DNA from: a candidate division WOR-3 bacterium
GTDB lineage: Bacteria > Hydrothermota > Hydrothermia > UBA1063 > CAJXJZ01
DNA: 64,000 nt
Assembly (NCBI GenBank): GCA_027038175.1
Contig: JALVYB010000098.1
Span: 7,606 to 71,605 of the forward strand
Direction: 5' to 3'
Of the stretch, positions 50,602-60,769 are shown in pieces. Under the pieces are notes generated by a model, which did not search any database, was not told the origin of the DNA, and saw only the letters and a program-made list of their open reading frames with translations. A program made the translations under genes and the position numbers. The stretch's first letter is position 1, and the number at the start of each line of letters is the position of its first letter.

Positions 50602-51521
50602 GGAAGCTCAAAGTTCTCTATATCCTGGAGGGTGTCAACGTTCACGACAGTTACATCACGGTTAATCCTTTTTATAAGGCCTGATAGAACCCTTTTAGGA
50701 CCTATCTCCACAAATGTGTCAATTTTGAGTTTCTCTATGGCGTACTGTATGGAGTCTACCCACCTTACGGGACCTGTAAGTTGCTTTACAAGGTCCTCTT
50801 TTAATTTATCACCAAACAGAACACTTCTTGCCTCAATGTTGGGTATTACAGGAACAGTGGGATCGTGAAAGGTAAAGTTATCAAGATAGGCTTTAAATTC
50901 CTGCTGTGCCTCAAACATGAATTTGGAATGAAACGCACCAGAGACATTTAATCTTATAACCTTTCTTGCACCGAGTTCCTTGAAATGTTTCTCAGCCTTT
51001 TCGAGGGCCCATAGGCTTCCTGATACCACTATCTGTTTGGGTTCATTGTAATTAGCAATGGTCAATTCACCCATATAATTTTTAATTACTTCATCTATTT
51101 TTTCTTTTTCAAGCCCAATTACGGCTGTCATACCACCGTTTTTAGCCTGGGACATTAAATCTGCCCTTTTGTTTACAATGCTTATTCCATCTCTGAATGA
51201 GTAAACGTCTGCTGCTGCAAGGGCAGTAAGTTCGCCAAGGCTGTGCCCTGCCACAGCATGATATTTGAGATGATTGTGCTCATTAAGCAGTTTAAAAACC
51301 ACGTATGAGTGAACAAATATTGCAGGCTGTGTAAAGGTTGTATCATTGAGTTTCTCTTCTGGTCCATTTTCCATTACGTATCTTAAGGGTTTGCCTGTTA
51401 TTTCCTCTGCCTCTTTGACAAGTTCTATTGCCTCATAGCTTTCCTTTAGAATATCTTTCATCATTCCTACATATTGTGACCCCTGCCCGGGGAAGACCAG
51501 CATTATTTTTTTCATAGCCAT
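50598..51521 (-). CDS. fabD: Malonyl-CoA:ACP transacylase
   Basis: FPGQGSQ, TQPAI, GHSLGE, VSGAFHS, PVRW, EIGP. Confidence 0.97.
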   Translation of the reverse strand: MAMKKIMLVFPGQGSQYVGMMKDILKESYEAIELVKEAEEITGKPLRYVMENGPEEKLNDTTFTQPAIFVHSYVVFKLLNEHNHLKYHAVAGHSLGELTALAAADVYSFRDGISIVNKRADLMSQAKNGGMTAVIGLEKEKIDEVIKNYMGELTIANYNEPKQIVVSGSLWALEKAEKHFKELGARKVIRLNVSGAFHSKFMFEAQQEFKAYLDNFTFHDPTVPVIPNIEARSVLFGDKLKEDLVKQLTGPVRWVDSIQYAIEKLKIDTFVEIGPKRVLSGLIKRINRDVTVVNVDTLQDIENFELP

Positions 51522-52684
51522 TCCTCCATCAAAAAACCGTTTAAATATCTACTCTCCGGAAAGGAGAGGATTTCAGGATGGTCATAATCCTGGGTAAACT
51601 CTTTAAGCAGTCTAAACTGTCTGGCATTTAAATCAAAAACGCTTTTTAGCACTTCCAAAAGGTCGTCCCTTTTTATATACGAAGAGCAGGAAAAAATTGC
51701 AATTTTTCCACCAGTTTTGAGGTATTTAAGAGCCATATCAACGAGGTTATAGTATGCTTTAAGGCCTTTTTCTCTGGTTTTTCTTGAACGAGCAAAGGAC
51801 GGTGGGTCTAAAATAATCAGGTCAAACTTTATCTGGGATGAGGCGAACTCGTCAAGGAATTTAAAAGCATCTTCTTCAAACGGCACAACCCGTTTCTCCT
51901 TAAATCCATTCAATTTGAGATTTTCAAAAAGTATGCTAAGGGCATTTTTCTGTGAGTCCACCACATAAACTCTTTTTGCCCTTCCTCTCAAAAGGTGCAT
52001 GGTAAACCCACCCTGATAGGAGAAAAGTTCAAGTACATCTTTCTCCTTTGCAAATGGTTCCATGAGGAGCCAGTTTTGTTTCTGGTCAAGGAAGAGTCCG
52101 GTTTTCTGCCCTCCCTCAACGTCAACCATGAAAGAAAGCCCATTTATATTGACAACAAGATTCTCCGGGAGTTCTCCTAATAGTATACCTTTTTCCTCAG
52201 GTATTCCCTCTTCTCTTGCTGAGTGTTTTGTATTCTTCTCATATATGAATTCTGGGTCAAACAGGTCATAAAGAGCATCTGTGACGAGTTTTTTTCTTTT
52301 ATACATACCAAAGGAGGAAAACTGAATCACAAATCCCTTGGCGTATTTGTCCACGATAAGACCCGGCAACATATCACTTTCTCCAAAAACGAGCCTGTAT
52401 GCGTCTTCTTCAAATCCTTTTGTTTTTATTCTCTTTTCATGTGCTTTAAATATTCTTTCTTTTATTTCGGCATAACCGAGTGGTTCTTTTTTACGGGAGT
52501 AGAAACGAAGCACAATGTCCGAATCAGGATTGTAAAGAGCAGAACCTAAAAACTTTCCTCTTCTATTGTAAACAAGGACATTATCACCCTTTTCCGCATC
52601 AGATGTATCCAGTATATTGCCAGAAAATATCCATGGGTGATTACCATATCTTGAAACAGGTCCCTTTACCTTTACCCTTTTCAT
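51512..52684 (-). CDS. rlmI: 23S rRNA m5C1962 methyltransferase RlmI family
   Basis: HPWIFS, ESDMLPGLIVD, GQKTGLFLDQ, LDPPSF, FSCS. Confidence 0.85.
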   Translation of the reverse strand: MKRVKVKGPVSRYGNHPWIFSGNILDTSDAEKGDNVLVYNRRGKFLGSALYNPDSDIVLRFYSRKKEPLGYAEIKERIFKAHEKRIKTKGFEEDAYRLVFGESDMLPGLIVDKYAKGFVIQFSSFGMYKRKKLVTDALYDLFDPEFIYEKNTKHSAREEGIPEEKGILLGELPENLVVNINGLSFMVDVEGGQKTGLFLDQKQNWLLMEPFAKEKDVLELFSYQGGFTMHLLRGRAKRVYVVDSQKNALSILFENLKLNGFKEKRVVPFEEDAFKFLDEFASSQIKFDLIILDPPSFARSRKTREKGLKAYYNLVDMALKYLKTGGKIAIFSCSSYIKRDDLLEVLKSVFDLNARQFRLLKEFTQDYDHPEILSFPESRYLNGFLMEEWL

Positions 52685-52704
52685 ATTAAAATTTTACTCC
52701 AATC

Positions 52705-53799
52705 TCATAAGACCTGCAAGCAATGTTCCATACATTGAGGCTCGTATGAACAGTTGGTGATACAATTAATTATAGAGCGAATTCTGGAGTGATCTATCCC
52801 CTGGGTATTTACTATCTTTTTGAGTCTTGCAACATACCTCAGTTTTAAATTGTCTTTTATTATTGACAGTGCAAGTATCTCTTTTTCCTGAAATTCTTTA
52901 AGTATTCTCTGATAGAGCGCGGAGTCCTCTCTTTTCTCAAGGGCAATGGAAAGAATTTTTTTCTCTTTTCTTGTGAGTGGCCAGGTTACAAGGCGGTCTT
53001 TCATAAGAGGGATGAAGAAGAAAATCCATATGTCTTTATTGTGAGGGAGGATACCATCAAGGTTGCTAAAAGCTGTGTAGTGTCTGTTTGTGAGAGATAT
53101 ATCCAGGATAGAAAACCTTGCCATTTCCTTTATTATTTCTGTTCGAGTATATTCCTCCGCTATTTTTTTGAGTTCATTAATTATCCTCTGTTTTGAGAGT
53201 AATTCCACAAACTTAAGGCTTTTTTCGATTTCTTTTAACGTAAGGGCATCATAGTTTAACCCCATTCTGGCTTTGTATCTTATACCTCTGAATATACGCG
53301 TGGGGTCATCCCTAAAACTTCCTTTATAGTTTACTCTCAAAACCCTGTTTTTTAAATCCCAGAGGCCATTTTTGGGGTCAATAATTTGTAGTGTTTTGGG
53401 GTCAAGGTAGAGGCTGTTTATTGTAAAGTCTCTTCTATGAATGTCTTCCTCTATTGAGAAGGCAGGGCTGACATGTGGAAGTGTGGCAGGTTCAGGATAA
53501 CGTTCTCTTCTGAAATGGGCAAGGTTTATGACAAAACCGGTTTCCGTGACATAATTGATTGTAAAAAAGCGCGTTGTCTGGAAGTTTTTTATACTGTATG
53601 TGTTTTCAATGAGTCTCTGGACAGAGTGAATAGGTCCACAGAATGCTATATCAGCGTCTTTTGGATGTTCACCCAGAATTATATCTCTGGGTATTCCTCC
53701 CACAAAAAACGTGTTTTCAGGAAGGTCTTTAAGTCCATAAAATAGAGGGTGAATGTAGGATGGCAGGCTCAAATAGAGCCTGCCAGAGGAGATTCTCAC
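52705..53799 (-). CDS. Class II tRNA nucleotidyltransferase (CCA- or A-adding)
   Basis: VGGIPRD, DADI, EDIHRRDFTIN, SFRDDPTRIFRGIRY. Confidence 0.85.
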   Translation of the reverse strand: MRISSGRLYLSLPSYIHPLFYGLKDLPENTFFVGGIPRDIILGEHPKDADIAFCGPIHSVQRLIENTYSIKNFQTTRFFTINYVTETGFVINLAHFRRERYPEPATLPHVSPAFSIEEDIHRRDFTINSLYLDPKTLQIIDPKNGLWDLKNRVLRVNYKGSFRDDPTRIFRGIRYKARMGLNYDALTLKEIEKSLKFVELLSKQRIINELKKIAEEYTRTEIIKEMARFSILDISLTNRHYTAFSNLDGILPHNKDIWIFFFIPLMKDRLVTWPLTRKEKKILSIALEKREDSALYQRILKEFQEKEILALSIIKDNLKLRYVARLKKIVNTQGIDHSRIRSIINCITNCSYEPQCMEHCLQVL

Positions 53800-53801
53800 A
53801 T

Positions 53802-54272
53802 TCAGGATTCTGTATCAATTAAAAATAAAACCTGATTGTATTCAACTGGCTGTGCATTCTCCACGAGTATGTCAACCACCTTACCATCCACATCTGACTC
53901 AATTTCATTCATAACTTTCATGGCTTCAACAATGCAAAGCACCTGCCCTTTCTTTACATGGTCACCTTTCTCAACAAAGGGTGGGGCTCCAGGTGAGGGG
54001 GCTCTATAGAATGTGCCAACTATGGGAGAACGGATTTCATGATATTTTTTTCCACTTTGCTGTGTTTTCTTCTCAGTTGTATCTTTTTGGGTTTCCTCAA
54101 CTTTTGAAGGCCCCGTAACCGGTTCACGGGTAACATATTCATACTGTCCAAGGGGAATAGGTGCATGTTTGAATACTATTCTTATCCGGGAAAACAGGGA
54201 GCGGTATTCTATTTCATCTACCCCGTTTTCCTTTCCTATTTTCACAAGTTCTTTTATCTTTTTGAGATTCAT
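53802..54272 (-). CDS. accB: Acetyl-CoA carboxylase biotin carboxyl carrier protein
   Basis: [20 protein letters not shown]. Confidence 0.97.
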   Translation of the reverse strand: MNLKKIKELVKIGKENGVDEIEYRSLFSRIRIVFKHAPIPLGQYEYVTREPVTGPSKVEETQKDTTEKKTQQSGKKYHEIRSPIVGTFYRAPSPGAPPFVEKGDHVKKGQVLCIVEAMKVMNEIESDVDGKVVDILVENAQPVEYNQVLFLIDTES

Positions 54273-54274
54273 AA

Positions 54275-54826
54275 CTATTTAACCCTTTCTATATATTTGT
54301 CTGACCGGGTGTCTATTTTGATCTTGTCCCCAACCTGAATAAAAAGAGGTACCTGTATTACTTTGCCCGTTTCCAGTTTGGCCGGTTTTGAACCTCCTGA
54401 GGCAGTATCCCCTTTAAGACCCGGGTCTGTTTCCACTACCTCAAGTTCCACAAATGTTGGAGGTTCAACATTGATTGGCATACCTTCTGCGTAAAGAATC
54501 ATAACTTCCATACCTTCTTTGATATAGCCTAAGATATGGTCGATCTGGTTTTTCTTAAAGAGTATATCCTCATAGGTCTCTGAATCGAGAAAATGGTAGT
54601 TGTCCCCCTCTATGTAAGAAAATGTTGCTGGTCTTCTTTCAATATGCACCTCTTCTATCTCTGAGTCGTCTTTAAAACTTACGTCTTTAGTCAGTCCAGT
54701 AGTTGCATTTTTGAGTTTAAGTCTGAGAGTGGCTCCACCACGACCCATATGTGTATGGGAAAAATCAACGATAAAGTAGATTTCACCATTGTAGCGTATG
54801 GCCATTCCTTTTCTTACATCAGGCAT
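54275..54826 (-). CDS. efp: Elongation factor P
   Basis: [25 protein letters not shown]; tip loop HMGRGGA. Confidence 0.96.
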   Translation of the reverse strand: MPDVRKGMAIRYNGEIYFIVDFSHTHMGRGGATLRLKLKNATTGLTKDVSFKDDSEIEEVHIERRPATFSYIEGDNYHFLDSETYEDILFKKNQIDHILGYIKEGMEVMILYAEGMPINVEPPTFVELEVVETDPGLKGDTASGGSKPAKLETGKVIQVPLFIQVGDKIKIDTRSDKYIERVK

Positions 54827-54843
54827 ACATACCTCCTTGTTTG

Positions 54844-55911
54844 TTAAAGTTCAATAAGTTCTTTAGGACTATTTGTAATAATTTCGTATCCATCTTTCTT
54901 TACGAGGACCATGTCCTCTATTCTAACTCCAAATCTGTCTTTTAGATATATACCCGGTTCAATGGTTATCACCATTCCTTCTTTGAGGATTATTTCTGAT
55001 TTTGAGTTAACAGGAGGTGATTCATGAACATCAATGCCCACACCATGTCCAAGTCCATGTGTGAAGAACTCACCATATCCTGCCTCTTTAATAATATCCC
55101 TTGCTATTTTGTCAATATCCTTTGCTTTTTCCCCCTCTTTAACATTTTCTTCCGCTTTTTTCTGGGCATTGAGCACAGTGGTATATACCTTTTTAAATTC
55201 ATCGTCTGCCTTTCCAATAAAAATTGTTCTCGTCATATCTGAGGCATATCCGTTGTAATATACGCCAAAATCCATAAGGAGATTTGAATTGTTTCTGATT
55301 AAAACATTTCTTGGCCTGGCGTGTGGAATGGCTGAATTCTCCCTTGTGGCAACGATAGTTTTAAAAGAATAGCCCTCAGCACCCATCTTTTTCATCTGAT
55401 ACTCCATTTCCGCAGCAAGGTCCAGTTCTGTTAGTCTATCAGGTTTCAGATTGTCCAGAACATACTGGAATATGTCATCAGTGATTTTCTGTGCTTTCTT
55501 AATGAAATCGAGCTCAGACTCATCCTTTTGTGCTCTCAGTCTCTCTACAAGATTGGTTATCTGCCGTATTCTGGAGTTGTTCTTACAATAAAGCAGGTTA
55601 AACATGTGTAGGGATATGCTCTCTTCTATGCCCATGCTTTTTGAATTTTTTAAATCTTGTGCGACTAAGGAAGCAAGGTCTTTCCCTTCAAGTATTTTTA
55701 CCTCGACGCTCTTATGGATTTGAGTTTCTGCTTCTATTTTAAAGAGTGGGTATGTATAAAGGAAAGCATTACTCTCTGTAATGAGTAAATATGCTGAATC
55801 TCCTCTATAGCCTGTGAGATAGTAAATGTTGGAGGGGTTCAATGTGAAATACGCATCAAGCCTCTCCTCTTTCATTATGTCCCTGAATTTATTTAATCTA
55901 ATCTCATACAT
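54844..55911 (-). CDS. Xaa-Pro aminopeptidase (M24B)
   Basis: PHARP, DFG, SDMTRT, HGLGHGVGIDVHE, TIEPGIY, GVRIED; pepP-efp-accB synteny. Confidence 0.93.
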   Translation of the reverse strand: MYEIRLNKFRDIMKEERLDAYFTLNPSNIYYLTGYRGDSAYLLITESNAFLYTYPLFKIEAETQIHKSVEVKILEGKDLASLVAQDLKNSKSMGIEESISLHMFNLLYCKNNSRIRQITNLVERLRAQKDESELDFIKKAQKITDDIFQYVLDNLKPDRLTELDLAAEMEYQMKKMGAEGYSFKTIVATRENSAIPHARPRNVLIRNNSNLLMDFGVYYNGYASDMTRTIFIGKADDEFKKVYTTVLNAQKKAEENVKEGEKAKDIDKIARDIIKEAGYGEFFTHGLGHGVGIDVHESPPVNSKSEIILKEGMVITIEPGIYLKDRFGVRIEDMVLVKKDGYEIITNSPKELIEL

Positions 55912-55914
55912 GTT

Positions 55915-56184
55915 TTAAAGTCCCTCCATTTCCTTTGAAAGTTTAGAAAGGTTCTGCTTTCGTGGTTTATCTTTAAAAATCTCTCTTTTGAGTTTCATGT
56001 ATTCTTCCCATAATTCAGGTTTTAAAGGAAAAAGAAGAAGGGCCGCTCTTCTTAAGTAGGGAAGTGCTGCTTTCTTATTACGGGATAAAAATTCCTTATA
56101 TCGCGCCTCAAATATCGGTCCAATGAAATCGCTGTTTATTTCATTATCTTTACCTTTCTTCCACATATTTTTTCCTGAGTGCAT
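55915..56184 (-). CDS. Small basic hypothetical protein (start may be 56166)
   Basis: Fills the gap between pth and the aminopeptidase; its 3' end supplies the downstream RBS. Confidence 0.55.
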   Translation of the reverse strand: MHSGKNMWKKGKDNEINSDFIGPIFEARYKEFLSRNKKAALPYLRRAALLLFPLKPELWEEYMKLKREIFKDKPRKQNLSKLSKEMEGL

Positions 56185-56743
56185 TAATTTCGCCCTGTAT
56201 TATATGAAAATCTTTAACTTCTATATTCTGAAGGATATTGCTCATATCTTCAAATAATTGTAGGTATACTTTGAGTTCATCTTCAGGGATATGGGAAAGC
56301 ACATAGTCTCGTGGAGTCATATTTTGAGGTTTCCCTATCCCTATTTTCAATCTCCAGAACTCCTCACTCTCTATGTTATAGATAATTGATTCTATTCCTC
56401 TGTGTCCTCCACTTGAGCCTCCAAATTTCATTTTTACGGAAAATTTGGGCATATCAAGGTCATCATGAACCACAATAAGATTTTCGTAGGGTACCTCTAA
56501 GTATTTCTCGTAAAACTCCTTTATGGCTATTCCTGAGAGATTCATAAATGTGGTTGGTTTTAAAAAATAGATTTCGTTATATGAAGCGATATAGAATTTA
56601 CCCCTTCCTGGTAAAAAGTTGACCCCAAGTCTTCTGGTATGAAAATCTAAAAATAAAAAGCCGAGATTGTGAAATGTATGGGAATAAGCGGGACCCGGAT
56701 TCCCGAGTCCCACAATGAGAAAATTATTCTGTTTCTTTTTCAC
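56150..56743 (-). CDS. pth: Peptidyl-tRNA hydrolase
   Basis: VGLGNPG, HNLGF, KPTTFMNLSG, HDDLD, GGHRG, RLKIGIG. Confidence 0.96.
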   Translation of the reverse strand: MKKKQNNFLIVGLGNPGPAYSHTFHNLGFLFLDFHTRRLGVNFLPGRGKFYIASYNEIYFLKPTTFMNLSGIAIKEFYEKYLEVPYENLIVVHDDLDMPKFSVKMKFGGSSGGHRGIESIIYNIESEEFWRLKIGIGKPQNMTPRDYVLSHIPEDELKVYLQLFEDMSNILQNIEVKDFHIIQGEINALRKKYVEER

Positions 56744-57347
56744 CCTCTTCCTGTTCAGGGGCTTCTTCTGTACCTTCCTCTGGTGTTACCTCTTCTTTCC
56801 TGCCGTGGTGAATTACACAGATAATTTCTTCAGGGTCTTCAAGGACTTCAACATCTTCTATCTTAATGTCTTCGACCTTTATCATATCTCCTATACCAAG
56901 GGACTCAATGTTAAATTCAATATGTGGCGGTAATTTGGAGGGAACTGCTCTCACCTGAACCTCTTTCAGATTTTGCTCAAGTACTCCACCTTCTTTCACG
57001 CCCTTTGGTGTTCCAATAAGAACAAGCGGAACGCTTGCAACGATTTTTTCACCTTCGTGTACTATCTGGAAGTCTATGTGCTCAAGTTTTCCGTAAACAG
57101 GGTCTCTTTGTACATCCTTTACGATAACTTTTTTATCTTTGTTCCCCTCTATTTTCAGAGTTAATATGACATTTTCGCCGTGTGATTTTCTGAAAAACGT
57201 TTCAAATGCATGTGCCTCTACCATGAGCATGGTGTTTGCCTCTCCCTTCCCATACATAATTGCCGGGACCCAGCCGTCTCTTCTTAATTTTTTTGCATAC
57301 TCCTTTCCCTTTTTCTCACGCGGTTTTGCAGTTAAAATGTATTCCAT
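56724..57347 (-). CDS. rplY: 50S ribosomal protein L25/Ctc
   Basis: LRRDGWVPAIMYG, HIDF, GVKEGG; acidic tail. Confidence 0.96.
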   Translation of the reverse strand: MEYILTAKPREKKGKEYAKKLRRDGWVPAIMYGKGEANTMLMVEAHAFETFFRKSHGENVILTLKIEGNKDKKVIVKDVQRDPVYGKLEHIDFQIVHEGEKIVASVPLVLIGTPKGVKEGGVLEQNLKEVQVRAVPSKLPPHIEFNIESLGIGDMIKVEDIKIEDVEVLEDPEEIICVIHHGRKEEVTPEEGTEEAPEQEEGEKETE

Positions 57348-57480
57348 GAGAATATACCTCCTCTCTCAAATCTTTAAGTTGTAATATTTTAAGTGCTTTA
57401 TTTCAGTCGGTCAAACTATTTCCTCCAAAATGCGTGCTCTTTTTGAATATCGTTACCTCTCCAGTATAATAGATAAGGCT

Positions 57481-58740
57481 ATGAATAGAGGATATGTAGA
57501 TATTGTGCTTGGACTTCAGTGGGGAGATGAGGGGAAGGGGCGAGTTGTTCACTATCTTTCCAGAGACTACGAACTTGTGGTTAGATTTCAGGGTGGAGCG
57601 AATGCAGGACATACGGTCTATATAAACGGAGAAAAATATGTTCTTCACCTTGTTCCAACGGGAATATTGCATAATGGCGTAAAGGTAGCAATAGGACCTG
57701 GAGTTGTTCTTGACCCGGAGGTTTTGAGCGAAGAGATACAGTTTTTAAGGGGAGCAGGGATTGATGTGGATGGCAGGCTATTTATTGACCCCAGGACCCC
57801 TATTGTGTTTCCCTTTCACAAAAGGGAAGATGCACTTTTTGAGGAAAAAGGTGGCATAGGAAGTACAAAGAGGGGCATAGCACCTGCTTACAGGGACCTT
57901 TATCAGAGATTTGCTGTTCGGGTGGGTGATATTCTGGACGAAAGTCAACTTGATAAGATGGTTAGAAAGCAACTGGAATTCAATAATATAATTCTGAGGC
58001 ACTTTGGCGAGAGGGAATTGAATGTAAGCGATGTAAAAGATTGGGTTTTAAGTTATAAAAATATCATTGAGCCCGCTATTTTGGATGTCTCGTTGCTAAT
58101 AAGGGAGCATGTGCTTCAGGGTAAAAGGGTCCTTCTTGAAGGAGCACAGGGAACACTGCTTGATATATTTTTTGGTAACTACCCATATGTCACATCTTCT
58201 CATACAATAGCCGGCGGGGCGCTTGTAGGAGCAGGTTTCGGAAAAGATGTTATAAGAAGAGTGTATGGAGTGTTTAAGGCCTATGTTACCAGAGTCGGCA
58301 AGGGACCTTTCCCAACTGAATTAAAAGATGATACAGGAGAGGAAATAGCAAGTAAAGGAGAGGAGTTTGGCGCAACCACGGGAAGAAAGAGGAGGGTAGG
58401 CTGGCTTGATATACCATTATTGAAATACGCTATCTGGATTTCAGGAGTAACCCATCCTGTTATGACCAAACTGGATGTACTTGAAGGCTTTAGAGAAGTC
58501 AAACTTGCGGTCTCTTACAGACTGGATGGTGAGTTTTATGACATGATTACTCCTGCCAGCTTGAGTCTTGAACGGGTAGAGCCGGTTTATGAGAGTTATG
58601 GGCCTTTTGAGGGTATTAAGAATGCAGAAAGTCGTGATGCTTTTGGAGAAGGGGTAAAGGAGTATATCAAAAGGATAGAAAATTTAATTGAGATGCCTAT
58701 AAGCAGCATATCAAAGGGGAAAGAAAACGATTTAATTTAA
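57481..58740 (+). CDS. purA: Adenylosuccinate synthetase
   Basis: QWGDEGKG, GGANAGHT, EGAQG, EFGATTGRKRR, TKLDVL; probable start ATG 57481. Confidence 0.97.
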   Translation: MNRGYVDIVLGLQWGDEGKGRVVHYLSRDYELVVRFQGGANAGHTVYINGEKYVLHLVPTGILHNGVKVAIGPGVVLDPEVLSEEIQFLRGAGIDVDGRLFIDPRTPIVFPFHKREDALFEEKGGIGSTKRGIAPAYRDLYQRFAVRVGDILDESQLDKMVRKQLEFNNIILRHFGERELNVSDVKDWVLSYKNIIEPAILDVSLLIREHVLQGKRVLLEGAQGTLLDIFFGNYPYVTSSHTIAGGALVGAGFGKDVIRRVYGVFKAYVTRVGKGPFPTELKDDTGEEIASKGEEFGATTGRKRRVGWLDIPLLKYAIWISGVTHPVMTKLDVLEGFREVKLAVSYRLDGEFYDMITPASLSLERVEPVYESYGPFEGIKNAESRDAFGEGVKEYIKRIENLIEMPISSISKGKENDLI

Positions 58741-58741
58741 A

Positions 58742-59734
58742 ATGCCTGCCAATTTAACACCACAATATCTCGCCGCTGAAGAGGAGTATAGAAAAGCACG
58801 GACAATAGAAGAAAAAATTGCTGCCCTGCGGAAGATGTGGGCATATTTGCCCAAACATAAGGGGACTGACAAACTTCAGGCAGATATAAAGGCAAAACTA
58901 TCAAGGCTAAAAAAGGAACTTGAGCAGGAGAAGAAGTCCGGCAAAAAGCGAACAGGCTTTTATGTTAGAAAAGAGGGAGCAGGCCAGGTTGTACTTGTAG
59001 GACCACCTAATACAGGCAAATCATCTCTTTTAAAATCCCTCACAGGTAAGGAAGTTCAAATTGCAGAATATCCATTTACCACGCAGATGCCGGATGTTGC
59101 CATGATGCCCTATGAGGATATTCAGATACAGATTGTAGACCTACCACCTATTACAAAAGAGAGGTTTGTTTACTGGCAGATTGATATAATAAGAGGTGCA
59201 GACCTTGTCCTTATTGTTCTTGCACTGGATGATGGGGATTCTGTTTTTGTATTTGATGACCTTTTAGAACTTCTTAGAGAAAAAAACATAATTCCTATTG
59301 GTGAGGGAGAGGGAGGAATGGAGTTGTTCGGCCCTGTCAAAAAGAGAACGCTTGTTGTGGCCAACAAAAGTGACCTTCCGGAGTCTGATGAAATACTTAA
59401 GTTTCTTAAAGAAGATGTGGTGAAAGGGAGATACCCGGTATATGCTGTGAGTTCTGCTAAAGGAAAAGGGATTGAGAATATAAAAAACGTTATATTCGAT
59501 TCGCTTGACATTATAAGAGTGTATACAAAGGAACCAGGGAAACCACCTTCCATGGAAGACCCGCTTATTTTAAAGAAGGGTAGTAATGTTAAAGATGCCG
59601 CAGCCAGAATACACAAGGATTTCGCCAGGAATCTTAAGTACGCAAAGGTGTGGGGTTCCTCAAAGTTTCCGGGTCAAAGAGTAGAGCAGGACTACGTATT
59701 GAAGGATAAAGATATTGTTGAGTTCCACATATGA
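58742..59734 (+). CDS. DRG-like (OBG family) GTPase with C-terminal TGS domain
   Basis: PKHKGT N-terminal helix, GPPNTGKS, YPFTT, NKSD, IRVYTK...IHKDF...AKVWG. Confidence 0.9.
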   Translation: MPANLTPQYLAAEEEYRKARTIEEKIAALRKMWAYLPKHKGTDKLQADIKAKLSRLKKELEQEKKSGKKRTGFYVRKEGAGQVVLVGPPNTGKSSLLKSLTGKEVQIAEYPFTTQMPDVAMMPYEDIQIQIVDLPPITKERFVYWQIDIIRGADLVLIVLALDDGDSVFVFDDLLELLREKNIIPIGEGEGGMELFGPVKKRTLVVANKSDLPESDEILKFLKEDVVKGRYPVYAVSSAKGKGIENIKNVIFDSLDIIRVYTKEPGKPPSMEDPLILKKGSNVKDAAARIHKDFARNLKYAKVWGSSKFPGQRVEQDYVLKDKDIVEFHI

Positions 59735-59803
59735 GGTTTGCATTATGATTAAAAGGCTTTATAATAAGAACAAAATGCAATTAAAAACGAATGGAGGGAT
59801 AAA

Positions 59804-60769
59804 GTGATAAGTTTTTTGTTAGTAATGCTAACAGTTGTCCCGGTGTTAGATATAAATTATGGAGATACGCTTACCCAGGGCGAAGTTGACACTATCTACA
59901 TAAGAGCAACTGACTCCCAGGGAATTGCTCTTCAAAATGTTGAGGTTACCTTTCATATGTCGCAGGCAGGAATTGTCACACTTGCAGATTCTGTCGTTTT
60001 TACGGATACCAGTGGTAGTGCAGAAAATGTTATGCAGGCACGTTCTCCCGGAAATGTTGATATATATGTGAGAGGCGTTCATGAGGTGGACACCACGTAT
60101 GATACCCTTACGGTCTTTGTGCTCGATAGTTCACTTCATTTTTACATTTCTGTGTATCCGGGTAAGGACAGAATTTATTCCAATGAGCAGGATACGGTAT
60201 ATGCACATCTTTCATCCCCGGATTCTCTTGTTGCAGGTAGAACCATATATTTTGATGTGATAAAGGGGAGTGGAAGTGTGTTCCCACAGTCCACAAATAC
60301 GGATATAAATGGTTATGCCCAGACGGTTTTTTCTCCGTACGTCGGAGATACCGTATTTGTTGAAGGTTATTTCCTGGATTACAATAACCGCAAAATAGCG
60401 GATACCACGAGGATTATTGTGCTTCCGAGTGAGGTGGATACACAGCGTGCATTCAGTGATAGTTTGTTTTTCTATCCTTCTCCCATTGGACATGGCACTG
60501 ACCATGCCAGTATAGAGTATCTTGTTCCGAACAATATTTCCATGGTTGAGGTAAGAATCCTTGACCCCTTTGGCAACACCGTGTATTTAAAAAAGATAAA
60601 TTCGGGGGAGAGTGGCGCTATTGCGGGTTCGTGGAATAGAATAGAGTGGGATGGTAAAAACAACCACGGGAAAAAGGTTGCATCAGGGATGTACATACTG
60701 GTTGTGAGGATTTATAGAAATACTGCTTTGTTACATGAGTTAATTAAAAGGGTAGGTGTGGAATGGTAG
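59804..60769 (+). CDS. Secreted Big_1/invasin-like Ig protein with FlgD-Ig-type C-terminal domain
   Basis: Two Ig units (VFTDTSGSA, TNTDINGYA); CTD FYPSP...VRILDPFGN...WDGKN..G..VASGMYI. Confidence 0.7.
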   Translation: MISFLLVMLTVVPVLDINYGDTLTQGEVDTIYIRATDSQGIALQNVEVTFHMSQAGIVTLADSVVFTDTSGSAENVMQARSPGNVDIYVRGVHEVDTTYDTLTVFVLDSSLHFYISVYPGKDRIYSNEQDTVYAHLSSPDSLVAGRTIYFDVIKGSGSVFPQSTNTDINGYAQTVFSPYVGDTVFVEGYFLDYNNRKIADTTRIIVLPSEVDTQRAFSDSLFFYPSPIGHGTDHASIEYLVPNNISMVEVRILDPFGNTVYLKKINSGESGAIAGSWNRIEWDGKNNHGKKVASGMYILVVRIYRNTALLHELIKRVGVEW

